Position numbers and translations under genes: made by a program. From the NCBI GenBank assembly GCA_043732185.1, contig JAYTHY010000092.1:1-64000 (forward strand): a DNA stretch of 64,000 nucleotides, read 5' to 3'. The notes beneath the pieces are model-generated. The model was not told the origin of the DNA. It saw nothing but the letters and a program-made list of their open reading frames with translations, and made no database searches. Positions 28,294 to 38,834 of this stretch are shown one piece after another (the first letter of the stretch is position 1; each line of letters starts with the position of its first letter). The DNA comes from Fibrobacteria bacterium. GTDB taxonomy: Bacteria; Fibrobacterota; Fibrobacteria; UBA11236.

Positions 28294-28370
28294 GTTATCC
28301 CATCTCCTTGATTATGCGCATCAATGCACTCAATTTCATTTAGCTCTACTTCGATTCACAAAACCTGGGT

Positions 28371-29687
28371 TCAAAGGTCCTGAAGGGCCACTATTTTTTG
28401 TTCCCCAGATTGCATATTCTTGACCTCATAGGACCCGAGCGGCGCCTTGTCGGAACCGAAAAACAGGACGCACTTGGCAGCTTGATCATTCGCCTGACCC
28501 ATTTGCTTTTTAAATTTTTCTCCGGAGAGAGAATATCCTACCCTCCGGCCATGGCCTCTAAGGCGTTGTGCCAGGCTAAGGAGATCCGGTTTGGGCAATT
28601 TATCGGCAGCGGGATCGACATCCAAAAGGAAATAATCAATCGGGTCGCGCCCTTCCTTCAGCAAGCCTTTTTCCCTCAGCAGGTCGCCGAGGACCACATC
28701 CCCCATACCAAAACCCACTCCAGTCAAAGACAGCCCGCCCAGACTGGCCAGGAGGTTGTCATAGCGGCCCCCCCCGGCAATGGCGCGCATACTTTTAACC
28801 TTGTCATAGACTTCAAAGACGATGCCGGTGTAATAGGCCAAGCCGCGGACCACGGACAAATCCAATTTCAAATACTCGCCGTATCCAAGTTTGTTCATGT
28901 AGTCGAACACTTTTTCCAATTCCCACAAGCCACTTGTATTCGGTTCCGAAAGTGGTGCGTCGGAAGGTGTGGGTTTCGGAAAATAAACCTGCAATTCTGC
29001 CAGACTGCTGCACTGAAAAAAGGCGTCCAACGCAGCCACGACTTCAGCAGTCAGCCCTTCCTTTTCCAAAAGCTTGCGGAACTCCTCTGGACCGATTTTA
29101 TCGCGTTTATCCAATCCGGCATACACAGGCGGTTTCTTTTCGGCGGAAATACCCTGACCGTCCAGAAACTCGGACAAGAGCTTGCGACTAGAAATGCGAA
29201 TGGAAAAATCTTCCGCGCCCAATCCGAATTTCTTAAGCATCTCGACGATGGCGGATAACAAATCCACTTCGGCCGCAATTCCCTCGCAGCCAATGATGTC
29301 CATATTCAACTGGAAAAACTCACGCAGGCGGCCCCGTTGGGACTTTTCGTATCGAAACAGACGAGGCATAGAAAACCAGCGCAACGGCAGCTTGAGACTG
29401 TTGCCTTTCTGATTGACCATGCGGGCCAGGCTGGGTGTCATTTCCGGCCGAAGCGCCATATCGCGATCGCCCTTGTCTTTGAAGTTGTAAAGCTGGGTTA
29501 CAATTTCCTGGCCGGATTTCTCCGTGAACAATTCCAAGTGTTCAAAGGTGGGGCCTTCATATTCCTCAAATCCAAAATCCAAGCAGGCGGCACGCCATCC
29601 ATTGAAAAGCTGATTTTGCACCCGCATCTCTTCAGGGTAAAAATCCCTAGTGCCTTTGGGTGTTTGCAGTGGCATAGACGCGCTCAT
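28371..29687 (-). CDS. hisS: Histidine--tRNA ligase
   Basis: PKGTRDFYP, ALRPEMT, FRYEKSQRGRLREFFQ, VRGLAYYTG, GGGRYDNL. Confidence 0.97.
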   Translation of the reverse strand: MSASMPLQTPKGTRDFYPEEMRVQNQLFNGWRAACLDFGFEEYEGPTFEHLELFTEKSGQEIVTQLYNFKDKGDRDMALRPEMTPSLARMVNQKGNSLKLPLRWFSMPRLFRYEKSQRGRLREFFQLNMDIIGCEGIAAEVDLLSAIVEMLKKFGLGAEDFSIRISSRKLLSEFLDGQGISAEKKPPVYAGLDKRDKIGPEEFRKLLEKEGLTAEVVAALDAFFQCSSLAELQVYFPKPTPSDAPLSEPNTSGLWELEKVFDYMNKLGYGEYLKLDLSVVRGLAYYTGIVFEVYDKVKSMRAIAGGGRYDNLLASLGGLSLTGVGFGMGDVVLGDLLREKGLLKEGRDPIDYFLLDVDPAADKLPKPDLLSLAQRLRGHGRRVGYSLSGEKFKKQMGQANDQAAKCVLFFGSDKAPLGSYEVKNMQSGEQKIVALQDL

Positions 29688-29893
29688 GGGGTATTAAAAT
29701 TGGGTTGGATCGGGCTAAGCATGCAGGCAAATTAGCTAATGTCACCGCTAGTACAAATGCCCTCTGGAAATCGTATTCCTATTGGCTTTCCAGCTTGGAA
29801 TAGCCCATTAAAATTCCTAGATTTCAGGCGCTGCAAATAGGATTGGATCGATTTGATTTTTAGGCTACAAAAACCAACTTTTCCTCCTTCCGA

Positions 29894-30673
29894 ATGAAGA
29901 TAATTGTCACCAACGACGATGGCATAGACAGCCCCGTTCTGACCGTATTGGCCAATGCACTGAGTCTGGAACACGATGTGCAAGTTGTTGCACCGGCCCA
30001 AGATCAAAGCGGCATGTCCCATTCCTTCACACATGGCATCGATCACCATTTGGCTTATCGTCAGGATACGCTGCTCCCTTACCCGAAATATCAAGTAAGC
30101 GGCACGCCCTGTGATTGCATCAAATTCGCCATCGCCCATTTGCAAACTACCGGGAAGGTCGATTTGGTCCTATCGGGTATCAATCTCGGCGAGAATGCGG
30201 GTATGAGTACGATTTACTCCGGTACTGTAGGCGCGGCGCGGGAAGGCGCAATGTGGGGCATTCCCGCTATTGCCGTTTCCGTGTGGAAAAACACACCGGA
30301 TAGACTAGAACACGCCGTAGCGTGGCTGGTCAAATTGTTGCGAAAAACTAACCCGCTGCCAATACGTGCGGGTGGTCTTTGGAACATCAACTTTCCATCC
30401 TGTGAGCCTGCCTTGATTGAAGGCGTGGAATTCACCAGCATGAGCACAGTTATGTTCGTGGACAGTTACGAACCCGTTCAAACCGAGCACGGCCTTACGC
30501 GCTTCCGCTTGGTAGGCTATAAACCCGGGGATCGATTCCAACCCGGCAGCGATGATTATGCCTTGTCCAGGAACCGTATTTCCATAACGCCTTTGCAGAT
30601 TGACCAATCCGATTCCGAAGAAAAACGGAGACTAGTCGGATTGAATCTAAAATCCTATTGGGATGCACTGTAA
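29894..30673 (+). CDS. surE: 5'/3'-nucleotidase SurE
   Basis: TNDDG, VVAP..QSG, GTPCDC, SGINLGEN, YSGTVGAAREG. Confidence 0.96.
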   Translation: MKIIVTNDDGIDSPVLTVLANALSLEHDVQVVAPAQDQSGMSHSFTHGIDHHLAYRQDTLLPYPKYQVSGTPCDCIKFAIAHLQTTGKVDLVLSGINLGENAGMSTIYSGTVGAAREGAMWGIPAIAVSVWKNTPDRLEHAVAWLVKLLRKTNPLPIRAGGLWNINFPSCEPALIEGVEFTSMSTVMFVDSYEPVQTEHGLTRFRLVGYKPGDRFQPGSDDYALSRNRISITPLQIDQSDSEEKRRLVGLNLKSYWDAL

Positions 30674-30698
30674 CGTGCAGAATACCTGAGGAGAACCC

Positions 30699-33326
30699 AT
30701 GACTACACCGATTACATCCGCATCCGGAAACGACCGCATCATCAATACGATGATAGAGGAGGAAATGAAGATTTCCTATCTCAGGTATTCCATGTCCGTA
30801 ATCGTTTCGCGCGCCTTACCGGATGCCCGCGACGGCCTTAAACCCGTGCACAGGCGTATCCTGTACGGCATGGACACGCTTTCCCTGTACCAGGATCGCC
30901 CATACAAGAAATCCGCCAATATCGTTGGTGAGGTGATGGGCAAGTACCATCCCCATGGCGATGCGTCCATTTACGATTCCATCGTACGCATGGCCCAGGA
31001 ATTTTCCATGCGCTATCCCCTGGTGGATGGTCAAGGCAATTTCGGCTCCATCGACGGAGACCCACCAGCCGCCATGCGGTATACGGAAGCCCGCATGAAG
31101 GCGTTTGCCGAGCTCATGCTCCAGGATTTGGACAAGGAAACGGTCGATTGGTCCCCCAATTACGATTCGTCCCTGGAAGAGCCCAAAGTGCTCCCATCTG
31201 CTTTTCCCAATCTGCTCGTCAACGGCAGCACCGGCATTGCCGTGGGAATGGCCACCAATATTCCTCCGCACAATCTCAATGAAGTCGTCAATGCTTGCCT
31301 GGCAATGCTCGCGAATCCGGAAATCGGAGATGAAGAACTGATCACTCATGTCAGTGGACCCGACTTCCCCACCGGTGGCATTATCCATGGCCGAAACGGA
31401 ATCCGCGCAGCCTATTTGACCGGCCGCGGCAAAGTCCTGGTGCGCGCAAAGCATCATATTGAGCAGCGTGAAAACCGCACCCGCATCGTCGTCACGGAAA
31501 TTCCTTTCCAGGTCAACAAATCCAATTTGCTGGAAAAAATGGCTTCGCTCGTGCGCGACAAAATCGTGGAAGGCATCTCCGATTTACGCGATGAAAGCGA
31601 CAAGGATGGGATGAGTATCATCATCGAGCTCAAGCGCGATGCATTCCCGGATATCATTCTCAACCTCCTGTACAAGCACACTCAGCTTCAGGATACCTTC
31701 TCGATTCACAATCTGGCCTTGTCCGGCGGACGCCCGCGCACTTTAAGCCTGCGTGAATTGATCCGCCTCTTTATCGATCATCGCCATGAAGTGGTCGAAC
31801 GGCGCACGCGTTTTCAACTCCGCAAAGCGGAAGAACGAGCCCATATCCTGGAAGGCTTGCGCATCGCCCTCGACCATATAGACGAAATCATCAAGCTGAT
31901 CCGCGCTTCCGAAACTACCGCCCTGGCCCGTGCAGGTCTGATGGAAAACTTCTCCCTCTCCGAAATCCAAGCCGATGCCATTCTGGAAATGCGCCTGCAA
32001 CGCCTGACAGGACTGGAACGCGACAAAATTGAACAAGAGTATCAGGAATTGGTCCTGCTGATTGCCGATCTAAAGGACATCCTAGCCAATCGCGAGCGCC
32101 GCGTTGCCATCATCTCCCAAGAATTGCGGGAAATCGTACTCAAGCACGGCGACGAACGCCGTACCCAAATCGAAGATGCCGCAGACGACATCACCTACCT
32201 CGACCTCATCGCTAATGAGCCCATGGTGGTTACCGTTTCGCATACCGGCTATATCAAACGTATAGGCACGGATGCGTACAAGATTCAAGGCCGCGGCGGC
32301 AAGGGCATTTCTGCCACGGGTCTCAAGGATGAGGACTTTGTCGAGCATCTCTTTATCGCTTGGGCGCATAGCTACATCCTCGTATTCACCAATATGGGAC
32401 GCTGCCATTGGCTCAAGGTGTACGAATTGCCGGAAGCGGCGCGCACCTCCAAGGGCAAAGCCCTGGTTAACTTCATCAATCTACAAGAGGGCGAACAGGT
32501 CAGCGCCTTTGTACCCGTCAAGGATTTCGAAGATGCCCGCTCCATCGTGCTGGTCACGGACAAGGGTATCATCAACAAAATGTCGCTGGACTCCTTCTCC
32601 CGTCCGCGCACCAACGGCATCAACGCTTTGACCTTGGATGAAGGCGACAGCCTCACGCAAGTGGTCTTGGCCTCGGAAGCCGATGATGTCATGATTGGAA
32701 CTAAGCTAGGCCAAGCCATCCGCTTCGCCATGTCCAAATTCCGCCAAACCGGCCGCGGTACCCGTGGGGTCAGAGGCATTTCGCTTGACGACGGCGATGG
32801 TGTCATTGGCATGATCGTGGTTGAAAAAGGTTGCGCGGTTCTGACCATCACGGAAAAAGGCTATGGCAAACGGTCGGATCCGGACGAGTACCGGATTACC
32901 GGTCGCGGTGGCAAAGGAGTTCGTAACATCAAAGTTACGGAGAAGAACGGTCCGGCCATCTGTATCGAATCCGTGCGCGAAGGACAAGAAATCTTGGTTA
33001 TCACCAAGGAAGGCAATGTCATTCGCCTGCAAGTATCCGACATCAGCGTGATTGGACGGGATACTCAGGGAGTGCGCGTCATTCGCACCAATGAAGCTGA
33101 TTTAGTGACGGATGTGGCTGTGGTTGAAAGCGAAGACGTGGATCCCACTGTGTTGGAAACGGAAGAAAGCCTAAAGGCAGGAATCGCCGAAGCCGCTGCC
33201 CGCTTGGCCGGAAATGCCCTGGAAGGAAGTCCGGAATCGGATGCGGGTGAGATGGAAGGGGAAACGAGTGAAACCGATGGGGATTCTGATGCGGAAATTT
33301 CCGATGAGGATCCGGAAACCGTTTAA
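30699..33326 (+). CDS. gyrA: DNA gyrase subunit A
   Basis: [31 protein letters not shown] (catalytic Tyr), GyrA-box QGRGGKG, acidic tail. Confidence 0.97.
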   Translation: MTTPITSASGNDRIINTMIEEEMKISYLRYSMSVIVSRALPDARDGLKPVHRRILYGMDTLSLYQDRPYKKSANIVGEVMGKYHPHGDASIYDSIVRMAQEFSMRYPLVDGQGNFGSIDGDPPAAMRYTEARMKAFAELMLQDLDKETVDWSPNYDSSLEEPKVLPSAFPNLLVNGSTGIAVGMATNIPPHNLNEVVNACLAMLANPEIGDEELITHVSGPDFPTGGIIHGRNGIRAAYLTGRGKVLVRAKHHIEQRENRTRIVVTEIPFQVNKSNLLEKMASLVRDKIVEGISDLRDESDKDGMSIIIELKRDAFPDIILNLLYKHTQLQDTFSIHNLALSGGRPRTLSLRELIRLFIDHRHEVVERRTRFQLRKAEERAHILEGLRIALDHIDEIIKLIRASETTALARAGLMENFSLSEIQADAILEMRLQRLTGLERDKIEQEYQELVLLIADLKDILANRERRVAIISQELREIVLKHGDERRTQIEDAADDITYLDLIANEPMVVTVSHTGYIKRIGTDAYKIQGRGGKGISATGLKDEDFVEHLFIAWAHSYILVFTNMGRCHWLKVYELPEAARTSKGKALVNFINLQEGEQVSAFVPVKDFEDARSIVLVTDKGIINKMSLDSFSRPRTNGINALTLDEGDSLTQVVLASEADDVMIGTKLGQAIRFAMSKFRQTGRGTRGVRGISLDDGDGVIGMIVVEKGCAVLTITEKGYGKRSDPDEYRITGRGGKGVRNIKVTEKNGPAICIESVREGQEILVITKEGNVIRLQVSDISVIGRDTQGVRVIRTNEADLVTDVAVVESEDVDPTVLETEESLKAGIAEAAARLAGNALEGSPESDAGEMEGETSETDGDSDAEISDEDPETV

Positions 33327-34344
33327 AACCAGGTCGATTCTTCTTCCGCTTTTGGCCGCTGGAACCATCCTGTGGCCAGAGCTTGGTTGGGCTATCCACT
33401 TTCCTGATAGTGTTGAGTTTTTAAAAGAGTACCATCTCGCTGCCCGTAAAGATGGAAAGCCCATTGATTTATACCATCGTGTCAACGGGGATTCCGCCAG
33501 CCTGCATCTGGACTGGAAAAGCACGGCGCCAATTGCAGCCCGCTTTGAACAAGGTTTTGAGTTCGCACCGGACAGCTTTACGGCACTCACATCCGCATTT
33601 GGTGGAGGTGGCGCTTGGCATGAATTGCCGCTTGTGAAAGAAGACTCGTCCTTGCGTAAAGCGTACCCTGGACTGGAGCAGCAATGGCTGCTCAAAGGGT
33701 ATGGCGGAGAAAAGGGTTGGGTCGGCTCCGGCTTACAACGCGGCCGTTTTTTTCTGGTTTTCAGAGAAACAGCTCCTGTGCTCAAACCACCACAAACATT
33801 CGGTCCTTTACACCTTGGCCGCAATTTTTTTGCGAGCCTAGACAGCTCTTCGGAATGGCTGCATGTTTCCTGCAAAGACATTCGTCCGGGAACCCACCCT
33901 GTTTGTTTTATCCCCGGACAGGATATCCACAGCCGCATTCGTATCCGCATCCAGCGCCAATCGCCTATGCTTCTGGATCTTTGGTGGGAAGAAGGGGAAA
34001 GTGGCTCGCTATTGGCGATAAAAGACGCCTTGCATTCCATTCCCGACCTGTCTCAATCGGAATATGCTCAGGATTTGTCGAACATGCTGCTAGGTGAGGC
34101 ACAACTTTTTTTAGTGAAGGTGACCCAGCGGTTTCCCAGCTTATTCAACTGGCCTTCCTGGCAATGGCAAGATTGCAAAGCGGGTCGCATACCAAAGGAA
34201 ACGCTTTTGGAACGCATTCATCATCCGGAAACCATGGGGGAATTTCTTCCCGCCTTCCGCTTTAAGGAACAAGCTGGTGTTTGGTTAAATGTAGACTTGT
34301 ACTTTAATGGAACGCTGCACTTAGAAGTGGAAGACCGTCAATGA
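33304..34344 (+). CDS. Exported hypothetical protein
   Basis: Signal-like [18 protein letters not shown] overlap with the VanZ gene; start uncertain (33289 or 33304). Confidence 0.6.
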   Translation: MRIRKPFKTRSILLPLLAAGTILWPELGWAIHFPDSVEFLKEYHLAARKDGKPIDLYHRVNGDSASLHLDWKSTAPIAARFEQGFEFAPDSFTALTSAFGGGGAWHELPLVKEDSSLRKAYPGLEQQWLLKGYGGEKGWVGSGLQRGRFFLVFRETAPVLKPPQTFGPLHLGRNFFASLDSSSEWLHVSCKDIRPGTHPVCFIPGQDIHSRIRIRIQRQSPMLLDLWWEEGESGSLLAIKDALHSIPDLSQSEYAQDLSNMLLGEAQLFLVKVTQRFPSLFNWPSWQWQDCKAGRIPKETLLERIHHPETMGEFLPAFRFKEQAGVWLNVDLYFNGTLHLEVEDRQ

Positions 34345-34772
34345 GTACCTCCCGAAAAGTTGCCCTATCCTGGTTGCCTGCTTCAGCATACATGGGCATT
34401 TTGTTTTATTTGTCCAGTTTGTCCGGTGATGAAGTCAAGCTTCCGGATTTTACGATGAGCGACAAAGTCATTCATTTTATGGCCTACGCTGGCTTGGGTT
34501 GCCTCATCTCTAGTCGCTTATACCTGCGTAACATACAATCCGGACATTGGCTTCTAAATAGTTTACGTGAGTCCGGAGCTGTGGGAAATTTTAGCGATCG
34601 ATTTGGGCCGATGGTAGGAATCCTTTATGGAGCCAGCGATGAAATACACCAGATGTTTGTGCCGATACGTGAAGCCAGCAGCCTTGATTGGGCGGCGGAT
34701 ACGCTAGGAGTTTTGGCAGGATGCTGGCTTTGCCATTTCCTTGTTAAAAAATGGCTTATTGTCGCAGGCTGA
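34341..34772 (+). CDS. VanZ-family membrane protein
   Basis: DKVIHFMAYAGLG, YGASDEIHQMFVP.R, DWAAD. Confidence 0.9.
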   Translation: MSTSRKVALSWLPASAYMGILFYLSSLSGDEVKLPDFTMSDKVIHFMAYAGLGCLISSRLYLRNIQSGHWLLNSLRESGAVGNFSDRFGPMVGILYGASDEIHQMFVPIREASSLDWAADTLGVLAGCWLCHFLVKKWLIVAG

Positions 34773-36150
34773 CAGGGACCCGATTGGCGTCGCCGCCTTT
34801 ACGAACAAAGTTTGCGAAATATACACGGGCTTCATCCGGCCTGCTCAGATTCAATAATGTTGTTCCCAAGATAAAATAGGGTTCCAAGGCTTCATAGCAG
34901 TAAATGGTTGCATTGCGGGCATAGGGCAATAATTCCTGCTCATTTTTTTGAGCGTAATGGAAATTCATGGCCAAAAGGTTTGCGTCGCAGGAAAGAGGAT
35001 CGCGTTCGAACATAGCCTTCAAGTTGTCCGTAAGTGTTTGAAAATCTTCGTTACCCATTAAGTCATCCCAAAGGCCCTTGACAGCGGCAATATTGCCCGG
35101 TCTGCGACGCAACACAACACGGAAAAAATATTTGGATTGTTTTTCATAACCAAGGCTTTGAAGTTGCAGTGCCATAAACTCCTGAATTTCAGGGTCCTTA
35201 TTCTGGTATTCTTCTTTTAGATTGTCCCAAATTTGGTCTGCTTTGAACTTATTCCCCGTACTGGCATACAACCGGTATAAATCCACGTCAACAACAACTC
35301 GCAAATGTTCCCACGGCGTTTGCTGAGCCTGCAGATAATGTTCCACAGCGTCCTCATTGCGATCTTCCGAGGCGGCTTGCATTGCCAAAATCAGATGATA
35401 GTAGTCTCGATAACTGAGTGATTTCGACTCTTTTTTAAGATAGTCTTTAACCGGACTCCACTTGCTCTGTTGCGCGAAGTTGAGATGGACCAATGCATTC
35501 ACTTCCGCCACAGGAAACTTCTTCAAAAAGTAATTGAGCGTTTTTTGTACGATATTCCCATTGATGAAGAAGCCAATCAAGAGAAGATTGGTAGCCCCTT
35601 CCTGATCGAGTTGCTCTGCAAAGTGGTTCAGAATGGAATAGCATAAAGCCAGATCTCCTTGGCGAAAAGCTAGCATGGCGGTTTTTTGATTTACTGGCTG
35701 ATAAGATTTTGTCATCATGCCAAGGCTGCGCAACGCTAACAGCTGGGCGGAAAACAACTTCTCTTTCTCCAATCCAAACTGCAATTGGTCCAGATGAACG
35801 GGATCAAGATGCGCCAGATTCGGCATTAAGTACGGCAAACTATTACGCACACGCCCAAGAGACAGCCACAAGGTCCCAACTTCCAATATCGATTTGCCGG
35901 AATTACCCGAAACCTTTATGCCTTCGTCAAAATAACCTTTGGCCAAATCGATCTGATTCCCTTTTGCCGCCAAAGTTCCCAGCCGAAACCAAAGTTCAGC
36001 ATTGTCGGGTTCACGACTCACCATAGCTTGCAAAGAGTCTTCGCTGAATTCTTTATCCTTACCACGCGCAGTGGCGATGGCAGAAATTATCAGGCATAGC
36101 CAAAAGACTTTAAGGTATAGGAAATGAAATTGCGCCTTTTGAAAAGCCAA
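34756..36150 (-). CDS. Exported TPR/helical repeat protein
   Basis: Signal-like N-terminus; PDNAELWFRLG, EPYFILGTTLLNLSRPDEA. Confidence 0.75.
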   Translation of the reverse strand: MAFQKAQFHFLYLKVFWLCLIISAIATARGKDKEFSEDSLQAMVSREPDNAELWFRLGTLAAKGNQIDLAKGYFDEGIKVSGNSGKSILEVGTLWLSLGRVRNSLPYLMPNLAHLDPVHLDQLQFGLEKEKLFSAQLLALRSLGMMTKSYQPVNQKTAMLAFRQGDLALCYSILNHFAEQLDQEGATNLLLIGFFINGNIVQKTLNYFLKKFPVAEVNALVHLNFAQQSKWSPVKDYLKKESKSLSYRDYYHLILAMQAASEDRNEDAVEHYLQAQQTPWEHLRVVVDVDLYRLYASTGNKFKADQIWDNLKEEYQNKDPEIQEFMALQLQSLGYEKQSKYFFRVVLRRRPGNIAAVKGLWDDLMGNEDFQTLTDNLKAMFERDPLSCDANLLAMNFHYAQKNEQELLPYARNATIYCYEALEPYFILGTTLLNLSRPDEARVYFANFVRKGGDANRVPVSLRQ

Positions 36151-36348
36151 TACTTGCTCCTACAGGTCGAGGCCTTTGGTCTCTACCCTCACGACCCACG
36201 CAAGGACGGGGTTTTCCCAGACATAACCTTGAAAAATATATTAAAAAACCCATTTTTCCGACCCAGAAAGAGGGAAAGCTACAAAGGGAAAATGTATACT
36301 TTTGGCTGACTAGAGCTAAAAATTTTCGCTTTCTTAAGAGGGGTATCC

Positions 36349-38349
36349 ATGAGCGCAAACCCACAATACGCTGTTGGTGAAGTAATCGCCAATAAATATG
36401 TCGTGGAAGGTCTATTGGGGGAGTCCCCATCGGGGCATGTTTACCTGGCCAACAGCGGAATTGGCGGACAAAAAATTGCCGTAAAGTGCTATCGAACGGA
36501 CGTGTCCGCACGGTTGTTGGAGTCACCGGACTTTTTCCTAAAGGCAGCGGCCATGACGGAAATTGAGCACGATAACATTTGTTCATGCCTTGATGTACAA
36601 GAGGAAATGGGGTCGGTTTTTGTGGCAAGAGCGTATGCTGAAGGTCAAACCTTTGAGGAATGGCTGAAGCAAGCGCGCCCGGACAGCAACTATTATCCTC
36701 GAGGTATTGAACTCTTATGGCAGATATCTCAAGGACTTGCGACCCTTCACGAGAAAACCCGGCACCTGAATATTCATCCCGGCAATCTAATTGTAGGGCC
36801 ACTCACGGCTAAACTTTGCGACTGGGATCCACGAGCTCTACATACAGTAGAAATGACTCCTGAATCCATGCCTTGGCGGAGTGAATACCGGGGTTATCGC
36901 GCTCCAGAAGCCTCGAGCCAAGGCAGTTTTCTAAGCTATCCCAGCACCGATCTGTTTGCTGTGGCTGGATTACTGTATCGATTGGTTAAAGGCGAAAACC
37001 CATCTTCAAATTCTGCGCAAACCATTCAAGAATCGCGAGGTTTTGATAAAGAAATTGCCAACTTTCTAGCCAAGGCGCTGCAACCGAAGCCTGAGGATAG
37101 ATTTCAGGAAGCAAGCAATTTTTCCGACGCCCTTTGGGATTTGAAATCTGCCATGCAAAGGCTGCAGGAGCGAAACGTCCGATCACCCATTCAAAAACCA
37201 GTTGAGCTACAACTAGCCACGGCACCTGCCGCAAAAGAGGTGGAAAGAAACTTATCCGGTAAAGAACCTACTTTGATGGGGCTAACCCAAGCACCAGCCT
37301 CTGGAAACGACACGTTTTTCAGCGAATTCGCCACCCCAGAGGTTCCAGTAAAACCTCAAGCCAAGCCTGTCGTAGCCAAGTCAAGTTCGGACACTTTATT
37401 TGGCACGCCCGTCTTTCCAAGCTCAATGGAAGATTCCAAGAGCCTGGCTTCCTCGGGAACGTTGTTTGGTTCGCAGCCTCCGCTCTTTGCTGAACCTGTT
37501 AAACCCAAAAAGAAAGCGGAGCCAATTAAACCTATACCTGACAAGCCTATAGCTGTCAGCATTTCCTCTTTGGAAAGAGACCCATTGGACATGGCAGGCG
37601 GAAATGCCACAGGCGGCTTTACCCAGTTCGGATTTAAAGGCGCGGGAGAAAATCGAACTGGTATTTTCATTCCCGAACCAAAAGGGCTCTCTCCGCGGGC
37701 AAAGCTGATGATTACATTGGCTGCTGTAGGTGGTTTGCTTTTGCTGCTCTGCTTGGGCGGGCTTTTCCTTTTCTTACGAAAGTCCACGACCTCTCCTGAA
37801 GCACAGGCTGTGACCGCTCCTCCTCCATCGGTTCAAGACAATTCTTTACCTTCGAATCCGGGGCCACAATCCGTTCCCGACCCTACTCCAGTTGCCGCCG
37901 CTCCACCCGAGGCCAAACCTGTAGCGCCCCCTCCTAAACCGACTCCTGTGGAAGTACGGCAGACACCGAAACCTCCAGTTGTAAAAGCCAACATTGAAGT
38001 CGAACAACCTGTAGCCACAAAACAAGTCAACTCGAAAATATCCTCTGAAAGGATCGCCAAGCTCATGACCATGGTGGAAACCCGTACATGGCCCGCCACA
38101 GCGGTCGAGCGTTTGCGAGCAGCAGATGATTTCAACGATTTGCATAAAACAGCGGAAGCCAATATGGCGTATGGAAAAACGTTGGCTGCCGGCGACGTAA
38201 CAGAAAAGCAAAAAATTTTGGCGCTTGGGGGGTTGGCTGTCACCTTCCAAGCGATGGGCATGCCGGACCAGGCCAAAGAATCCGTAGACCGTATTTTGGC
38301 AATCAATCCCCGTAATGCCTTCGCCCTGAAATTAAAAGAAAAGATGTGA
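36349..38349 (+). CDS. Hanks-type kinase-fold membrane protein (probable pseudokinase), TM and C-terminal TPR
   Basis: IAVK, HDNI, YRAPE, TDLFAVA, PEDR; catalytic loop HLNIHPGN and DWD; TM LAAVGGLLLLLCLGGLFLF; terminal TPR. Confidence 0.85.
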   Translation: MSANPQYAVGEVIANKYVVEGLLGESPSGHVYLANSGIGGQKIAVKCYRTDVSARLLESPDFFLKAAAMTEIEHDNICSCLDVQEEMGSVFVARAYAEGQTFEEWLKQARPDSNYYPRGIELLWQISQGLATLHEKTRHLNIHPGNLIVGPLTAKLCDWDPRALHTVEMTPESMPWRSEYRGYRAPEASSQGSFLSYPSTDLFAVAGLLYRLVKGENPSSNSAQTIQESRGFDKEIANFLAKALQPKPEDRFQEASNFSDALWDLKSAMQRLQERNVRSPIQKPVELQLATAPAAKEVERNLSGKEPTLMGLTQAPASGNDTFFSEFATPEVPVKPQAKPVVAKSSSDTLFGTPVFPSSMEDSKSLASSGTLFGSQPPLFAEPVKPKKKAEPIKPIPDKPIAVSISSLERDPLDMAGGNATGGFTQFGFKGAGENRTGIFIPEPKGLSPRAKLMITLAAVGGLLLLLCLGGLFLFLRKSTTSPEAQAVTAPPPSVQDNSLPSNPGPQSVPDPTPVAAAPPEAKPVAPPPKPTPVEVRQTPKPPVVKANIEVEQPVATKQVNSKISSERIAKLMTMVETRTWPATAVERLRAADDFNDLHKTAEANMAYGKTLAAGDVTEKQKILALGGLAVTFQAMGMPDQAKESVDRILAINPRNAFALKLKEKM

Positions 38350-38387
38350 GGGCAAAAAATTGGAAAAAAAAATTGGTGTAAGGCGGA

Positions 38388-38834
38388 TTAAATAATCGAA
38401 TAGGGTTTAGGGGAATTTTCCGGCATCCAGGCCACCTCCTGGCCCCCGGTAAGCTGCTCCCCATTTTTGATAGTGATGGCGATTCTGGAAAGGGATTCAA
38501 GGCTTCCTTTCTCTTTCCCAAAGCGACCCATCGCTTCAACAGCCACACGCAAAGTAGGATCTATCCCCCCTGAAAAAAAAACATTGGGAAAGCCCAACCA
38601 ACAGGCTAGCAGATTTTCTCCATCACTGCGCCACTCATAACACCAGCGCTCTCCGCGAAAGGGTCGCGGCAATCCGGATGCTCCCAATTCGATGAACGAT
38701 TGTAAACAATGCCCGGAGGACTTCGCCTGCGATATCATTACACCAGCCAACACAGGCATCCGCACGGGCGTTTGTAGGCGAGTGCGCAAGGGTAATATGA
38801 CCCGAGTGCTATTGGAAAGTACGATAAAGCTCAT
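38388..38834 (-). CDS. Hypothetical protein (148 aa)
   Basis: ATGA overlap with the upstream 445-aa ORF. Confidence 0.55.
   Translation of the reverse strand: MSFIVLSNSTRVILPLRTRLQTPVRMPVLAGVMISQAKSSGHCLQSFIELGASGLPRPFRGERWCYEWRSDGENLLACWLGFPNVFFSGGIDPTLRVAVEAMGRFGKEKGSLESLSRIAITIKNGEQLTGGQEVAWMPENSPKPYSII

Noticed and set aside
28294..28370. preQ1 riboswitch upstream of queF
   Set aside because: No preQ1 stem-loop with A-rich tail seen; queF probably reads through from hisS.
28398..29258. 286-aa plus-strand ORF
   Set aside because: Antisense shadow of hisS with no recognisable motifs.
30699..33326. parC instead of gyrA
   Set aside because: GyrA-box QGRGGKG and acidic tail are present.
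33171..34040. 289-aa minus-strand ORF
   Set aside because: Overlaps the gyrA end and a plus-strand gene that has a signal peptide and ATGA coupling to vanZ; Ser/Arg-rich shadow composition.
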